The position numbers and the translations under genes are program-made. A stretch of DNA of 42,272 nucleotides, from IMG/VR virus record IMGVR_UViG_3300027533_000049, positions 1 through 42,272 of that record; one strand, given 5' to 3'. A model generated the notes under the pieces. That model did no database searches. It was not told the DNA's origin and worked only from the letters and a program-made list of their open reading frames with translations. Of the stretch, positions 1 through 8,627 are shown piece after piece (the first letter of the stretch is position 1; the number at the start of each line of letters is the position of its first letter). Origin of the DNA: a virus (lineage: Duplodnaviria > Caudoviricetes).

Positions 1-152
1 GACACATCGAACAGCGAGCTGGGCGGGCGGCCCGCCTCGGTCGCCTCGTCGAATGCCTGCTCGGCGCGGGTGATCTCTTTCTTGATCGGCTTGAACGCTG
101 CCAGTCCAGGCGCAGCGACCTCCTGCGACGGCAGCATCAGACCGGGCGGCAG
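1..152. repeat. Terminal direct repeat, left copy (circular assembly overlap)
   Basis: 1-152 equals 42121-42272 except g26 vs a42146; a CDS reads through the junction in frame. Confidence 0.95.
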
Positions 153-1037
153 CTTGTTCTTGACTTGGTAGGTCTTGCGCTGCTCAGCGGTCAGCGTGTC
201 GAGCAGTGCGCGATCGGCAAGCTTCAGCTCGGTCGCTGCCTTGATGGTGCTTGCCGGATGCTCCGCGCCGATCGAGGTTCGCACCAGCGACGAAGGCTCC
301 CGGCCGGTGAGGCCCAGGCTCTCGTAGAGCGTGCGCAGCTCCGGCTGCGTGATGCCCTTAGCGCTCTCCGCTGCAGCGGCGTTGATCGTCTCCGGCGAGG
401 CGAACGTCGAACCCGGCGCGAAGCCGACGTTGCGCTCGACCGGTGCCGTCGCGCCCTCGACCGCCTTCTGCAGAGCGTTGGCGCCCCTGGGGCGCATGCG
501 CCCGCCCGGCATCGCACCAGCGGCCGCGTTGGCGTAGTCGCCGCCACGCAGCGCGTCCTCGACGCCCAGGAACGAGCCCAGGCCCGGCACCGCGTCGACC
601 AGACCGACCCCGCTCTCACCCAGGCCCGTCGTCCCCATCAGCAGCTTGGCAGCACGCTCCCGCGCCGCGCCGACGAGGCCTGTGTCCTCGCCCCGGATCC
701 GCTGCGCGCCACGCTCGCGCGTCGTCGGCTCGTAGGAGCGCGCCTCGGCCGGCCCGCCGGCCTCCGTTCGCGGCGGCGCCTTGGGCGCGCGGAACGTGAA
801 GCCCTGCGTGTCGTAGACGCTCGGCTGGATCGGTTCGGGCGGCGCCCGCCTGGGTGCCGGCGCGATCGCGTTCAGGTAGGCGATCAGCTCGTCATCCTCG
901 CGCGAGCTGCCGCCACCAGGGCCCTCCGGGAAACCGGACCAGGGCGGTCGGACGATAATCTTAGGGATGCCGCCCTCTGGCATCACATAGTCGTCCTGCC
1001 TAGCGACGCTGCCCATGCCCCACCAGTCATTGCTCAT
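1..1037 (-). CDS. N-terminal part of a 653-aa origin-spanning protein (continues at 42120..41196); putative packaged protein
   Basis: ATG at 1037 overlaps the portal stop (ATGA). No in-frame stop down to the junction; in frame with track ORF 41196..42257. Starts MSNDWWGMGSVARQDDY; Pro/Gly/Ala-rich. Missed by the ORF track. Confidence 0.85.
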   Translation of the reverse strand, partial: MSNDWWGMGSVARQDDYVMPEGGIPKIIVRPPWSGFPEGPGGGSSREDDELIAYLNAIAPAPRRAPPEPIQPSVYDTQGFTFRAPKAPPRTEAGGPAEARSYEPTTRERGAQRIRGEDTGLVGAARERAAKLLMGTTGLGESGVGLVDAVPGLGSFLGVEDALRGGDYANAAAGAMPGGRMRPRGANALQKAVEGATAPVERNVGFAPGSTFASPETINAAAAESAKGITQPELRTLYESLGLTGREPSSLVRTSIGAEHPASTIKAATELKLADRALLDTLTAEQRKTYQVKNKLPPGLMLPSQEVAAPGLAAFKPIKKEITRAEQAFDEATEAGRPPSSLFDV

Positions 1038-3367
1038 GGCAAGAAACTCCCTCCACCATCGCCGCGCGGCTGCGCCATCTTGATCTGTGCCATGGCGCGC
1101 GCGTCAGCCGATTTCGCCGCCTGCTCGTTGGCCTTCACCATCGCCATGCGCTCGGCGGCCTCGGCCTTGGCGCGCACTGCCTGCACCTCAGCGTCCTTCT
1201 TGATCATGTCGCCCTGGTGCGCCTCGCGATCGTGGATGGCCTTCTGATTGAGCTGCTGCCCCTTGACGTCCTCCTCATTCCGCTTGGCGTTCAGCCGCGC
1301 CAGCTCGATGCGCTCCTGACTCTCAATCTTGGCCTTGCCCTCGGCGTCACGCTGCTTAATCTCGGCCGCCTTGAGCGCGGTGTCGGCCTTGTCGCGCTCC
1401 TTCTGGCGATCGATCTTCATCTGCTCGATCTCCTTGGCAACCTTAGCCGTCGCGGTCTGCGGATCATCTTTCGGCGGCGCCTCGCCCTTCATCTTCATCT
1501 GCTCGATCAGATCGTCGATCGCGCCGTCGAGCGAGCGGCCGGCGCGGAATGGCGCCACCGAGAACTTCAGCAGCTCGCCGCAGAACTCCGCGGTCTTGGG
1601 CTCGGCCGAGATCATCTGCGCGAGCTGCGGCAGCAGCGACCCGAGCACGCCGACGAACTCGCCGCGGCGCTGCTTCTCCGCGTTCTCGTCGATCATGATC
1701 GTGCTGTCAGTCGCGATGTCGAGCACGAATGACTTGGCGCGCTGGCTCTTGAAGAAGTACAGCACCTGCTCGATCGTCGGCCGCGCCATGATCTTCTTGA
1801 TGGCGTCCTGGCCGTGCTGCAGCAGCTGCTGACCCTGCTGCATGATCATCATCGCCTGCTCGGGCTTCTGCTGCGCCATCTGCTGGACTTGCGGGATCTG
1901 CTGCGCCTTTTGCATCGCGAGCTGCTGGTTGCCGAGCTGCTGCTGCAGCTGCTCGACCTGCTGCTTCTGCATCGCCTGCGTCGGCAGCTGCGTCTGGCTC
2001 ATCTCGATGATCGTCACCGGCGAGAACTTCTCGGTGATGATCTCACACGCCAGCTCGACGAGATCGCGCGCGATGCGCACCATCTCGGCCTGCTTGTCGC
2101 GGATCCTGGTCGAACCGAATTGCGATTTGAGCTGCTGCGCGCCGAGCGTCTCGCGCGCGTCAGTCGAGCCGCGCATGATGTCGCTCAGTCCAATGATCTG
2201 GTAGATGTCGTCGATCACCTGCTTGCGCAGCGCGACCAGCGCCGTGATGGTCTGCGCGATCGCCTCGATCGGCAGCCAGATGATCACCTCCTTAGTGCCG
2301 CCGAACGCCGCCCAGTTGGCGATCGGGATCAGCATGCGGCCGGGCGTGTTGGTCGACACCGCAGTCTGGATCGCCTCCGCCAGCTCGGCGCCGCCTGACG
2401 GGTAGAACCCCTTCACCTCCAGCGCCTCGCTCAGCGCGTGGATCCGGCGCGTCAGCAGGTCGACCTCGGCGAGCTGGTCGTTGTACTGCAGGACATCCGG
2501 CACCGGCACCAGTGAGCCGCGTTGCAGCGTGCCATAGGCCGGCCGCGGGCACGGGAAGAAGCCCTGCAGGTCGAGGTGCGGGTCGTCCTCGTCGAGGATC
2601 TTGTCGACGCCCGGCGACACCCACAGCACGCGACGCTCAGTCCGGTGCCAGACCTCCCAGAACTTCGCGCGCTCGCGACTGTCGGCGCCGCCGATATCGT
2701 TAGCGTCACGGTTCACCCGATACTCGGCGTCCTGGTACGCCTTGCCTGAGTGCTTGGAGAAGCGCTTGCGCGCCTCGCTGCGCGTCAGATAGCTCGCAGC
2801 CGCGACCCAGGTCACCTCGGCCCAGTTGCGCGAGATGCTGTGCAGGAAGTCACGCCTGTCCTTGAAGTCGAAGCAGACCTTCTCGTGGTCGTAGTGGCTG
2901 CGGCCCTTCTTGCCCTCATAGCGCACCCAGGGAACGCCGCGGCCGATCAGCGCGAGATCATCGCGGATCAGCTTCATCAGGTCGTCGATGTGCCCGAGAT
3001 CGAACGTGACGATCGCGCAGCGCTCCATCACCTCGCTGGCTGCTTGGTAGACGGGGCGTCTGTCCTTGAACTTTGGCACCACCACCGGCACCGGCGCCTT
3101 GGCGTAGATGCTCGGCTTGATCACCTCGCAGTTCGCCCAGAACATCTGAAACTCTTTGTCGACGCGCTTGCCGGCGAGCCGCGACAGGCTGGCGTAGTGT
3201 CGATCGATCTTGTCGCAGTGATTGTTCCAGTCCTCGAACGCGCCCTCGCTTTCCTCCAGGAGGTTTAGCCACGCCTTCGACTTGCGCGGTTCGACTGCGG
3301 GATTGTAGTCCTCATCCTCGTGCCGCAGATCTTCCTCGATCGGCTTGCCGGGTTTATCGTCAGCCAT
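1034..3367 (-). CDS. Portal protein
   Basis: 777 aa, just downstream of TerL; podovirus portal size with a long Q/K/A-rich helical C-terminus as in P22-like portals. Confidence 0.85.
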   Translation of the reverse strand: MADDKPGKPIEEDLRHEDEDYNPAVEPRKSKAWLNLLEESEGAFEDWNNHCDKIDRHYASLSRLAGKRVDKEFQMFWANCEVIKPSIYAKAPVPVVVPKFKDRRPVYQAASEVMERCAIVTFDLGHIDDLMKLIRDDLALIGRGVPWVRYEGKKGRSHYDHEKVCFDFKDRRDFLHSISRNWAEVTWVAAASYLTRSEARKRFSKHSGKAYQDAEYRVNRDANDIGGADSRERAKFWEVWHRTERRVLWVSPGVDKILDEDDPHLDLQGFFPCPRPAYGTLQRGSLVPVPDVLQYNDQLAEVDLLTRRIHALSEALEVKGFYPSGGAELAEAIQTAVSTNTPGRMLIPIANWAAFGGTKEVIIWLPIEAIAQTITALVALRKQVIDDIYQIIGLSDIMRGSTDARETLGAQQLKSQFGSTRIRDKQAEMVRIARDLVELACEIITEKFSPVTIIEMSQTQLPTQAMQKQQVEQLQQQLGNQQLAMQKAQQIPQVQQMAQQKPEQAMMIMQQGQQLLQHGQDAIKKIMARPTIEQVLYFFKSQRAKSFVLDIATDSTIMIDENAEKQRRGEFVGVLGSLLPQLAQMISAEPKTAEFCGELLKFSVAPFRAGRSLDGAIDDLIEQMKMKGEAPPKDDPQTATAKVAKEIEQMKIDRQKERDKADTALKAAEIKQRDAEGKAKIESQERIELARLNAKRNEEDVKGQQLNQKAIHDREAHQGDMIKKDAEVQAVRAKAEAAERMAMVKANEQAAKSADARAMAQIKMAQPRGDGGGSFLP

Positions 3368-3530
3368 GACGTCGATCCTCGATCGCGGTGTAGTGGTCGG
3401 TGTTAGTGCCCTCTGCCGGCACGAACCGGAACAGATAGTCGAGGCGATACTCGACGATCGCCTGCGCCGGGATCCGCGCGCCGTGCTCGCAGCGCCGCAG
3501 CCAGCGTCGCTTTGAGGTGCGCTTGCGCAT
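3360..3530 (-). CDS. Hypothetical protein, 56 aa
   Basis: Own translation MRKRTSKRRWLRRCEHG...; start overlaps the upstream stop (TGATG) and the end overlaps the portal start. Confidence 0.5.
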   Translation of the reverse strand: MRKRTSKRRWLRRCEHGARIPAQAIVEYRLDYLFRFVPAEGTNTDHYTAIEDRRHG

Positions 3531-4192
3531 CACGGGCTCCCGACGTTGAGCCAGTCGCGCTGCCGCGCGCCACCGAGCGCACCGAGCGCCTCCGCGAACC
3601 GCTTGATGCGCTTCCTGTCCCTCAGCGCAGCTGCGACCCCAGCCGCGGCCAGCTCCGTTCCGACCACGATCGGTGGCCGCTGATTGCGCAGGCGATGCAC
3701 CGTCGCCTTGTCGGCAATCTGCTTGATGCGCGCGCCGCTAAGGCCGAGCCGTCGACCGATCGCCCGCAGTGTGAAGCCGGCCTCGCGCATCGCCAGCACC
3801 GTCTCACCGCGCTCCCAGGCGACCTGACTGAGCACGACTGTCTTGTCGGCAACCATGTCGCCCCACACGACGCGGCTGCGACGCTCGCGGTGCTCCGCCT
3901 CGGGCGTCTTGTCCCTGCGCCGCTGCGCAGCCGCCGCCGCGGCCCGCGACAGCGCCTCGTTGTAGTAGAACAGCTCCTGGTGGTTCTGCTTCAGATCCTG
4001 GAACCACTGGGCGTTCTCCTCGGCGAGCTGCTTGACCCGCTCCCGACACTCGGCGTCCCGCATCGCTACCTCGTTGCGGCGTCGGCGATCGTCGGCCTGA
4101 CGCTCACGCCGGCGAGCCAGCTCCACCTGCACCTCGTCCATGTTGAGCATCCTCCGCCACAGCTCCAGCTCGACCGGTGTCATCTTAGTCAT
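3530..4192 (-). CDS. Coiled-coil protein with sigma-70 region-4-like HTH
   Basis: Likely start MTKMTPVE with GGAGG upstream; HTH-like RGETVLAMREAGFTLRAIGRRLGLSGARIKQI. Confidence 0.6.
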   Translation of the reverse strand: MTKMTPVELELWRRMLNMDEVQVELARRRERQADDRRRRNEVAMRDAECRERVKQLAEENAQWFQDLKQNHQELFYYNEALSRAAAAAAQRRRDKTPEAEHRERRSRVVWGDMVADKTVVLSQVAWERGETVLAMREAGFTLRAIGRRLGLSGARIKQIADKATVHRLRNQRPPIVVGTELAAAGVAAALRDRKRIKRFAEALGALGGARQRDWLNVGSP

Positions 4193-4310
4193 AACGCCCA
4201 AACCTCCCTCGCCCGAGAGTGACCAGCTGATGCCAGATCGCACTGAGGTAGTAGATCACAATCCCCTGCAGGCCGATCATCACGATAATGCCGATCTCCA
4301 CAGCGCTCAC
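4185..4310 (-). CDS. Small single-TM membrane protein, 41 aa
   Basis: GTG overlaps the TerL stop (GTGA); MSAVEIGIIVMIGLQGIVIYYLSAIWHQL... Confidence 0.5.
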   Translation of the reverse strand: MSAVEIGIIVMIGLQGIVIYYLSAIWHQLVTLGRGRFGRYD

Positions 4311-5674
4311 AGTGCAATCCCTCCACGCCGCGACTCCTCCGGCGGCGGCGGTATGATGAAGCCCCTGCGCACCGGCTCCGCCGGCTTGCGCGGCGGCTGC
4401 GGTCGCCAGCTCAGTGACAGGTATCGAAACGCATCAGACGGATGCGATGTCCAGTCGTGAACTTCACTCGCGCGGAACGCTTTCTTTTCGTCGTCCCACT
4501 CACGCCGATACTGTTCGAGGGCCGAGATCCCGCCCGCTTCGCAGCGCGGATGAAAGACGCAGAGCGGGAGCGTGCGTCTGACCGCGTTAATGCCATCGTC
4601 TTTCGTAGCCCACGGCACCAGCAGCGGATTGAGGCCCATGCCCTGCATAGTCTCGACGCGCGTGCGGCCGGATCCCCACTCTTTGACCTTGGCGTCGTGC
4701 GGGACGTAATCGATGCCATGCGCCCACCCGTATTCCTGCTGCCGCTTGTCGATCTGATCGCGGTAGTGCTCGACGCCGACGCCGGACGATGAATAGCAAT
4801 CGTAGATGTAGAGCTGCCCGCCGCGGACACTGTACCACCAGATCGAGGTGTCGTCCGTAACGCCGAGATCCCAGGCGCGATGCACCGGCTCGCCGGGCAA
4901 TGGCTCGACCGCCTGGATGCGGTCCTCCTCGCGGACCTGCGCCATCTCGTGAGCGTAGAACGCGCCCAGGATCGAGGCCTGCCAGTCGCAGAAGTATTCC
5001 TGGCGGTACTGCGCCCGGCCAACGTCGACCCCGTAGATCGCGGTCATCTCCTTCAGCGTTTCGGCAAGAGCCTCGTCGGAGAGCGCGCCAGTGTCTTTGA
5101 CGGTGAGCAGCTCGGCGAACCAGTCGGGCGATTGCTTGGCGTGCTCGAAAAGGGCCAGCGCATGATTGCGTCCTCGGGGAGTGCTGATGAACGCCGCCCA
5201 GCCGTTGTTCTCCTCGACCATTGGCCGGTGATATGCCCAGGCTGAGGGATTTGCCAGCGCGTACTCCGAGTAGACGACGCCGGCGACACCGGCGCCGACA
5301 GTGCTGTTGTAGGTATCACTGCCAATGCACTGCCATGTGCTTCCGTTGTGGAAACGGATGAACATCTCGCTTTCTGAAGTGCTCGCTCGGAGCGTATGCG
5401 GGAAAGCTTCATCGATGCGCCTCCTGCCAGTGTGCGCGTTGACCGCGGTCCAGATCGCCTTGCGGCCCTGATTGTACTCGGGCAGGCAATGCCAGTAATT
5501 GCCTGGGCGCTTCATCGCCGCGCATGCGGTGTGATGTAGCGCGATCTCATCCTTGCCGGCGCGACGATGCCAGATTGCGATCGCGCGCTTGCCGCCGGCC
5601 TGCAGATGCTCCCACAGCCGCGTCTGATGTGGCCGCGGTCGCCAGCCGTTATGCGGCAGCGCGATGTCGATCAT
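4307..5674 (-). CDS. terL: Terminase large subunit
   Basis: PRPHQ adenine-binding motif, Walker A-like WHRRAGKD, Walker B-like VVYSEY, ISTPRG coupling motif, nuclease motifs AWDLG and HPSDAFRY. Confidence 0.95.
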   Translation of the reverse strand: MIDIALPHNGWRPRPHQTRLWEHLQAGGKRAIAIWHRRAGKDEIALHHTACAAMKRPGNYWHCLPEYNQGRKAIWTAVNAHTGRRRIDEAFPHTLRASTSESEMFIRFHNGSTWQCIGSDTYNSTVGAGVAGVVYSEYALANPSAWAYHRPMVEENNGWAAFISTPRGRNHALALFEHAKQSPDWFAELLTVKDTGALSDEALAETLKEMTAIYGVDVGRAQYRQEYFCDWQASILGAFYAHEMAQVREEDRIQAVEPLPGEPVHRAWDLGVTDDTSIWWYSVRGGQLYIYDCYSSSGVGVEHYRDQIDKRQQEYGWAHGIDYVPHDAKVKEWGSGRTRVETMQGMGLNPLLVPWATKDDGINAVRRTLPLCVFHPRCEAGGISALEQYRREWDDEKKAFRASEVHDWTSHPSDAFRYLSLSWRPQPPRKPAEPVRRGFIIPPPPEESRRGGIAL

Positions 5675-5677
5675 CGC

Positions 5678-5854
5678 TCACCCATGAATAGGCGCGCCGA
5701 ACACACGCCAGCCCAACAACAAGAACAGCACGAACAGCAGCAGTGAGTTGCCGAGCGGGCCATGCTGCGCGACAGCCGCCCAACCCCAATTCCACGCCAG
5801 CGCGAACAGCAGCCAGAGCAGCATGATCACCCAGAAGATCAGTCCGATCGACAT
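5678..5854 (-). CDS. Small two-TM membrane protein, 58 aa (holin-like)
   Basis: Own translation MSIGLIFWVIMLLWLLFALAW...LLLFVLFLLLGWRVFGAPIHG; GGGAGG RBS. Confidence 0.65.
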   Translation of the reverse strand: MSIGLIFWVIMLLWLLFALAWNWGWAAVAQHGPLGNSLLLFVLFLLLGWRVFGAPIHG

Positions 5855-5868
5855 GGCGTCCTCCCTGT

Positions 5869-6072
5869 TCAGTCGTCTGCCTTGTTCATGATGTCGCGCA
5901 GGTCAGCAATCTCTTTGCTCACGGTCTGCAGCGCCTTTGATGTGCGAAATGTTTCGGCGTCATCGGCCGACAGATCGCGCAGCACCATCTCGATCGCATC
6001 GAGCGCGTCAACGAAACGCCTAAACATCTCGCGTATCTGCACGCTCTTGTGCGGATCGCCGTCGCGCATCAA
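5869..6072 (-). CDS. Hypothetical helical protein
   Basis: 67-aa ORF coupled to the upstream gene. Confidence 0.55.
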   Translation of the reverse strand: MMRDGDPHKSVQIREMFRRFVDALDAIEMVLRDLSADDAETFRTSKALQTVSKEIADLRDIMNKADD

Positions 6073-6305
6073 CCCTTGTCCTCACCGTTGATGATCTGTC
6101 GGATCGTCACGCGGATATCGCCCTCGCCATCGGCGCCTGCATGCGGCTGCACTGCCTTGCCCCAGCCGCGTTCGAGCAGCAGGCCGCACGCAGTGACGCG
6201 CGCGCTCTCGCTCTTGCCATTGGTCGCGATGCCGGCGAGTGATTTCAGACACGCCGCAGTGTGGAGGCGCGCTAAAGAACGCAAATCAGCCGGAGCCTTA
6301 GCCAT
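6069..6305 (-). CDS. Putative terminase small subunit
   Basis: Helical 78-aa protein with ARVTACGLLLERGWGKAVQ, a TerS-like pattern; upstream of terL. Confidence 0.6.
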   Translation of the reverse strand: MAKAPADLRSLARLHTAACLKSLAGIATNGKSESARVTACGLLLERGWGKAVQPHAGADGEGDIRVTIRQIINGEDKG

Positions 6306-6500
6306 TTAGTCCTGTCCCCTCTCGCTGTCGCGCTCTGTCACCCGCGCGCGCGTCGCGTTGAGCAGAAACGACAGCAGCTTGTCCACGTCACGGCGCACGG
6401 CAGCAACCTCAGTGCGCAGTCGCGCGATGTCGCGCGCCAGCTCGGCCTCGGTCTGGTTGAGGTGAGCATCGAGCATGCTGGCGATCTTTCCGTAGGCCAT
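6306..6500 (-). CDS. Hypothetical coiled-coil protein
   Basis: 64-aa ORF abutting the TerS candidate. Confidence 0.55.
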   Translation of the reverse strand: MAYGKIASMLDAHLNQTEAELARDIARLRTEVAAVRRDVDKLLSFLLNATRARVTERDSERGQD

Positions 6501-6580
6501 GGGTGGAACGCCAAAAGGGCGCGCTGCGCCCGTGCTTTAGCACGAGAACATGCGCGCCCCAATGTGGCAGCGTCAAGCGG

Positions 6581-6703
6581 CTAGGGATCCTGGCGCTTAT
6601 CCGGCCAGAGTTCGACCTCCTCACCGCCCCAACCGAACAGGAAGGTGTAGGCAGCGCTCCCCAGGAAGCTGAGGACCACAATCAGCAGCAGCTCGCACGC
6701 CAT
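6581..6703 (-). CDS. Small membrane protein, 40 aa
   Basis: TGATG coupling to the HTH gene; MACELLLIVVLSFLGSAAYTFLFGWGGEE... Confidence 0.45.
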   Translation of the reverse strand: MACELLLIVVLSFLGSAAYTFLFGWGGEEVELWPDKRQDP

Positions 6704-6951
6704 CAGTTGCACTCCGGCGTCCACGGCGGAATGACCGGGTCCCAGCCCTCCTCCAGGCAGGCGCGCAGCAGCAGCACCTCGGCCGGCCGCATCTCGGCGT
6801 CGCCCAGGATGTAGCGCCGCAGCGTGCGCTCGGAGCGCCCGATAAACCGCGCCACCGCGGCCTGCGTCAGCCCCAGCGCCTTGACCGTGCGCTCGACCTC
6901 GCGCGGCGACATCGCGCGCTTGGCCATCCAGCTCATATCCTTCTTCATCAA
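6703..6951 (-). CDS. XRE/Cro-type HTH regulator (candidate repressor)
   Basis: LGLTQAAVARFIGRSERTLRRYILGD HTH pattern; GGAGG RBS; divergent from the first plus-strand island. Confidence 0.8.
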   Translation of the reverse strand: MMKKDMSWMAKRAMSPREVERTVKALGLTQAAVARFIGRSERTLRRYILGDAEMRPAEVLLLRACLEEGWDPVIPPWTPECN

Positions 6952-6981
6952 AAGCCTCCGTTTGTCAGGGGTTATGACCCC

Positions 6982-7010
6982 TTATTAGGACAACGTGACT
7001 GGGCTGTCAA
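6982..7010 (-). promoter_or_regulatory. Leftward sigma70-type promoter with partial operator
   Basis: Minus strand TTGACA-N17-TAATAA; contains TAGGAC-N4-TGACTG-GG-CTGTCA. Confidence 0.7.
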
Positions 7011-7016
7011 TCTGAC

Positions 7017-7046
7017 TTGACAAGGGCTGTCAGGATGTCCTATCAG
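7017..7046 (+). promoter_or_regulatory. Rightward promoter with partial operator
   Basis: TTGACA-N18-TATCAG; TGACA-N5-TGTCA followed by GTCCTA. Confidence 0.7.
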
Positions 7047-7107
7047 ACGGAATGGCCCGCTAATTACCGGGTAATTACCGGGCCCAATCGAGCAACGGAG
7101 CAAACAG

Positions 7108-7443
7108 ATGACCAACCGCTACATGAACAAGCACTACAGCGAGATCTCCCGCGGCTACCAGGACTACGGCTTCAAGGACAAGCAGGGCCGCGAAGTCGGC
7201 TACGGCTGGAGCTTCCACACGGTCACGATCGAGCTGCTGCCGGAAAGCGCCACCGGCGGCTACATCTACCGCGGCGGGCCGCTGAGCTATATCGCAGTCG
7301 ACGCCTACCCCACCCGCAACGGCAAACACTACGGCGCCTCGGGCCGCGATGTGCAGGTCCAAACCATAGACGAGGCCACTGCCTGCGTCGCACGCCGCAT
7401 GGCGCAGGCGCTCAAGCGCGACACCAAGAAGTTCTGCCCCTAA
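7108..7443 (+). CDS. Hypothetical early protein
   Basis: 111 aa; CAACGGAGCAA RBS. Confidence 0.8.
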   Translation: MTNRYMNKHYSEISRGYQDYGFKDKQGREVGYGWSFHTVTIELLPESATGGYIYRGGPLSYIAVDAYPTRNGKHYGASGRDVQVQTIDEATACVARRMAQALKRDTKKFCP

Positions 7444-7447
7444 CCAA

Positions 7448-7486
7448 ATAGGACCGCTTGACAGCCCTGTCAGGCTGTCCTATACC
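7448..7486 (+). promoter_or_regulatory. Palindromic promoter/operator
   Basis: ATAGGAC-cgct-TGACAG-cc-CTGTCA-ggct-GTCCTAT; TTGACA(7458)-N17-TATACC. Confidence 0.85.
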
Positions 7487-7512
7487 TCGCCTACCAACAA
7501 CGGAGCAACGAC

Positions 7513-7716
7513 ATGAACCCGAACTTCTTCCCGCACAAGCTAACGACTGCCACCTTCTTCCCGACCCGCGCGGCCGCCGCCAAGCTGGCGTCCCACATCG
7601 CTGCCGAAGACCCGCACTGGCGCTACGAGGTCAACTGTGTCGCCGACGCGCGGTTCGTGATCTCGGTCCACGAGGTCGACGTCAACGACAACCATCTTTT
7701 CCTTGGCTACCTCTAA
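7513..7716 (+). CDS. Hypothetical early protein
   Basis: 67 aa; CAACGGAGCAA RBS. Confidence 0.75.
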   Translation: MNPNFFPHKLTTATFFPTRAAAAKLASHIAAEDPHWRYEVNCVADARFVISVHEVDVNDNHLFLGYL

Positions 7717-7766
7717 CTCGCAGCCTGATCGGCTGCGAGCCACCCTCAAACCAACGGAGCAACGCC

Positions 7767-7943
7767 ATGAGCGAACCCACCAAGACCATCGTCACCTGGA
7801 GCGGCAAGGGCGGCGAGCTGAACCGCATCGAGATCCCCTGGAACGACGCCACCGGCGAGCGCATCGCGCGGGCCGTCATCGAGCTGATCGAGGCAGGCAT
7901 GACAATGTCTGAGGGCGACACCATCACCGTAACGGAGTGCTGA
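7767..7943 (+). CDS. Hypothetical early protein, 58 aa
   Basis: Start MSEPTKTIV after a CAACGGAGCAA RBS. Confidence 0.75.
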   Translation: MSEPTKTIVTWSGKGGELNRIEIPWNDATGERIARAVIELIEAGMTMSEGDTITVTEC

Positions 7944-7944
7944 C

Positions 7945-8154
7945 ATGCGCGTACAGATCCCCGCCTACACTGACCGCTGGATGATGGGCGACCGCTATGG
8001 CGAGGTCGTCAAGACCTCGCGCTACGGCAAGGTCGGCACCCGCGCGCGCCTGCTGACCGGCGCGCGCAGTGTCGACATCGAGATCGCTCACGTCCGTCTC
8101 GACAAGTCGGGCAAGACGGTTCGCGTGATCCTCAACGACTGCGTGGTCGTCTAG
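7945..8154 (+). CDS. Hypothetical small beta-rich protein
   Basis: 69 aa, MRVQIPAYTDRWMMGDRYGEVV; follows the previous gene directly. Confidence 0.7.
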   Translation: MRVQIPAYTDRWMMGDRYGEVVKTSRYGKVGTRARLLTGARSVDIEIAHVRLDKSGKTVRVILNDCVVV

Positions 8155-8627
8155 CTATGGCCACGCTCGTCGAGGCGGTCGCGATCGCCCTGTTCCTCGC
8201 GACCGTGCTTGTGTGGGCCGCGATCCTTACCGGGTAGCGAGAACATCAACGGCTCTTCTGGATCGGTCGCCACCTCGGCGGCCGTTTCCTTTTGTGGGGT
8301 GCTCTCCTCCGCCACTGTCGGCGTCTGGTACTTCAGCATGACCTGCAGCGCCGCATTGAAGATCGCCTCGACCTCGGCCCGACGCGCGACCGCGCGATCG
8401 CGCTCCCGGCGGTAGTCCTCGATCTCGGTGAGCAGCCGCTGATAGGCGAGGTTCAGCGCCGCCAGCTCCGTCTCGGCGCCGCGGAGCTGGTCCTGGGTCT
8501 GCCCCAGGCGCAACGAGCAGTCATCGCGCTCCTGCTGCACGCGGGCGACCGCATGCAGCCCCTCCTCGACCATGCGCCGCGTCCGCTCGTCATCGCCCGG
8601 CTCCGCGGTTTTACCGTTACCGTTCAT
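8151..8627 (-). CDS. Hypothetical coiled-coil protein
   Basis: Heptad-rich; ATGA coupling at 8624-8627. Confidence 0.65.
   Translation of the reverse strand: MNGNGKTAEPGDDERTRRMVEEGLHAVARVQQERDDCSLRLGQTQDQLRGAETELAALNLAYQRLLTEIEDYRRERDRAVARRAEVEAIFNAALQVMLKYQTPTVAEESTPQKETAAEVATDPEEPLMFSLPGKDRGPHKHGREEQGDRDRLDERGHS

Noticed and set aside
1-152. 152-bp repeat as a biological terminal repeat
   Set aside because: It falls mid-gene and is about one read long, so it is more likely an assembly overlap. The single mismatch (Pro vs Ser) may be an error or a variant
165-1247. Long plus-strand ORFs such as 165..1247, 13353..14723, 28712..30265 and 38216..39415
   Set aside because: Antisense shadows of well-supported minus-strand genes in GC-rich DNA
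7017-7943. Track ORFs starting at TTG 7017 and 7458 (also 18447)
   Set aside because: These TTGs are the -35 boxes; the real starts follow the ACGGAGCAA RBS
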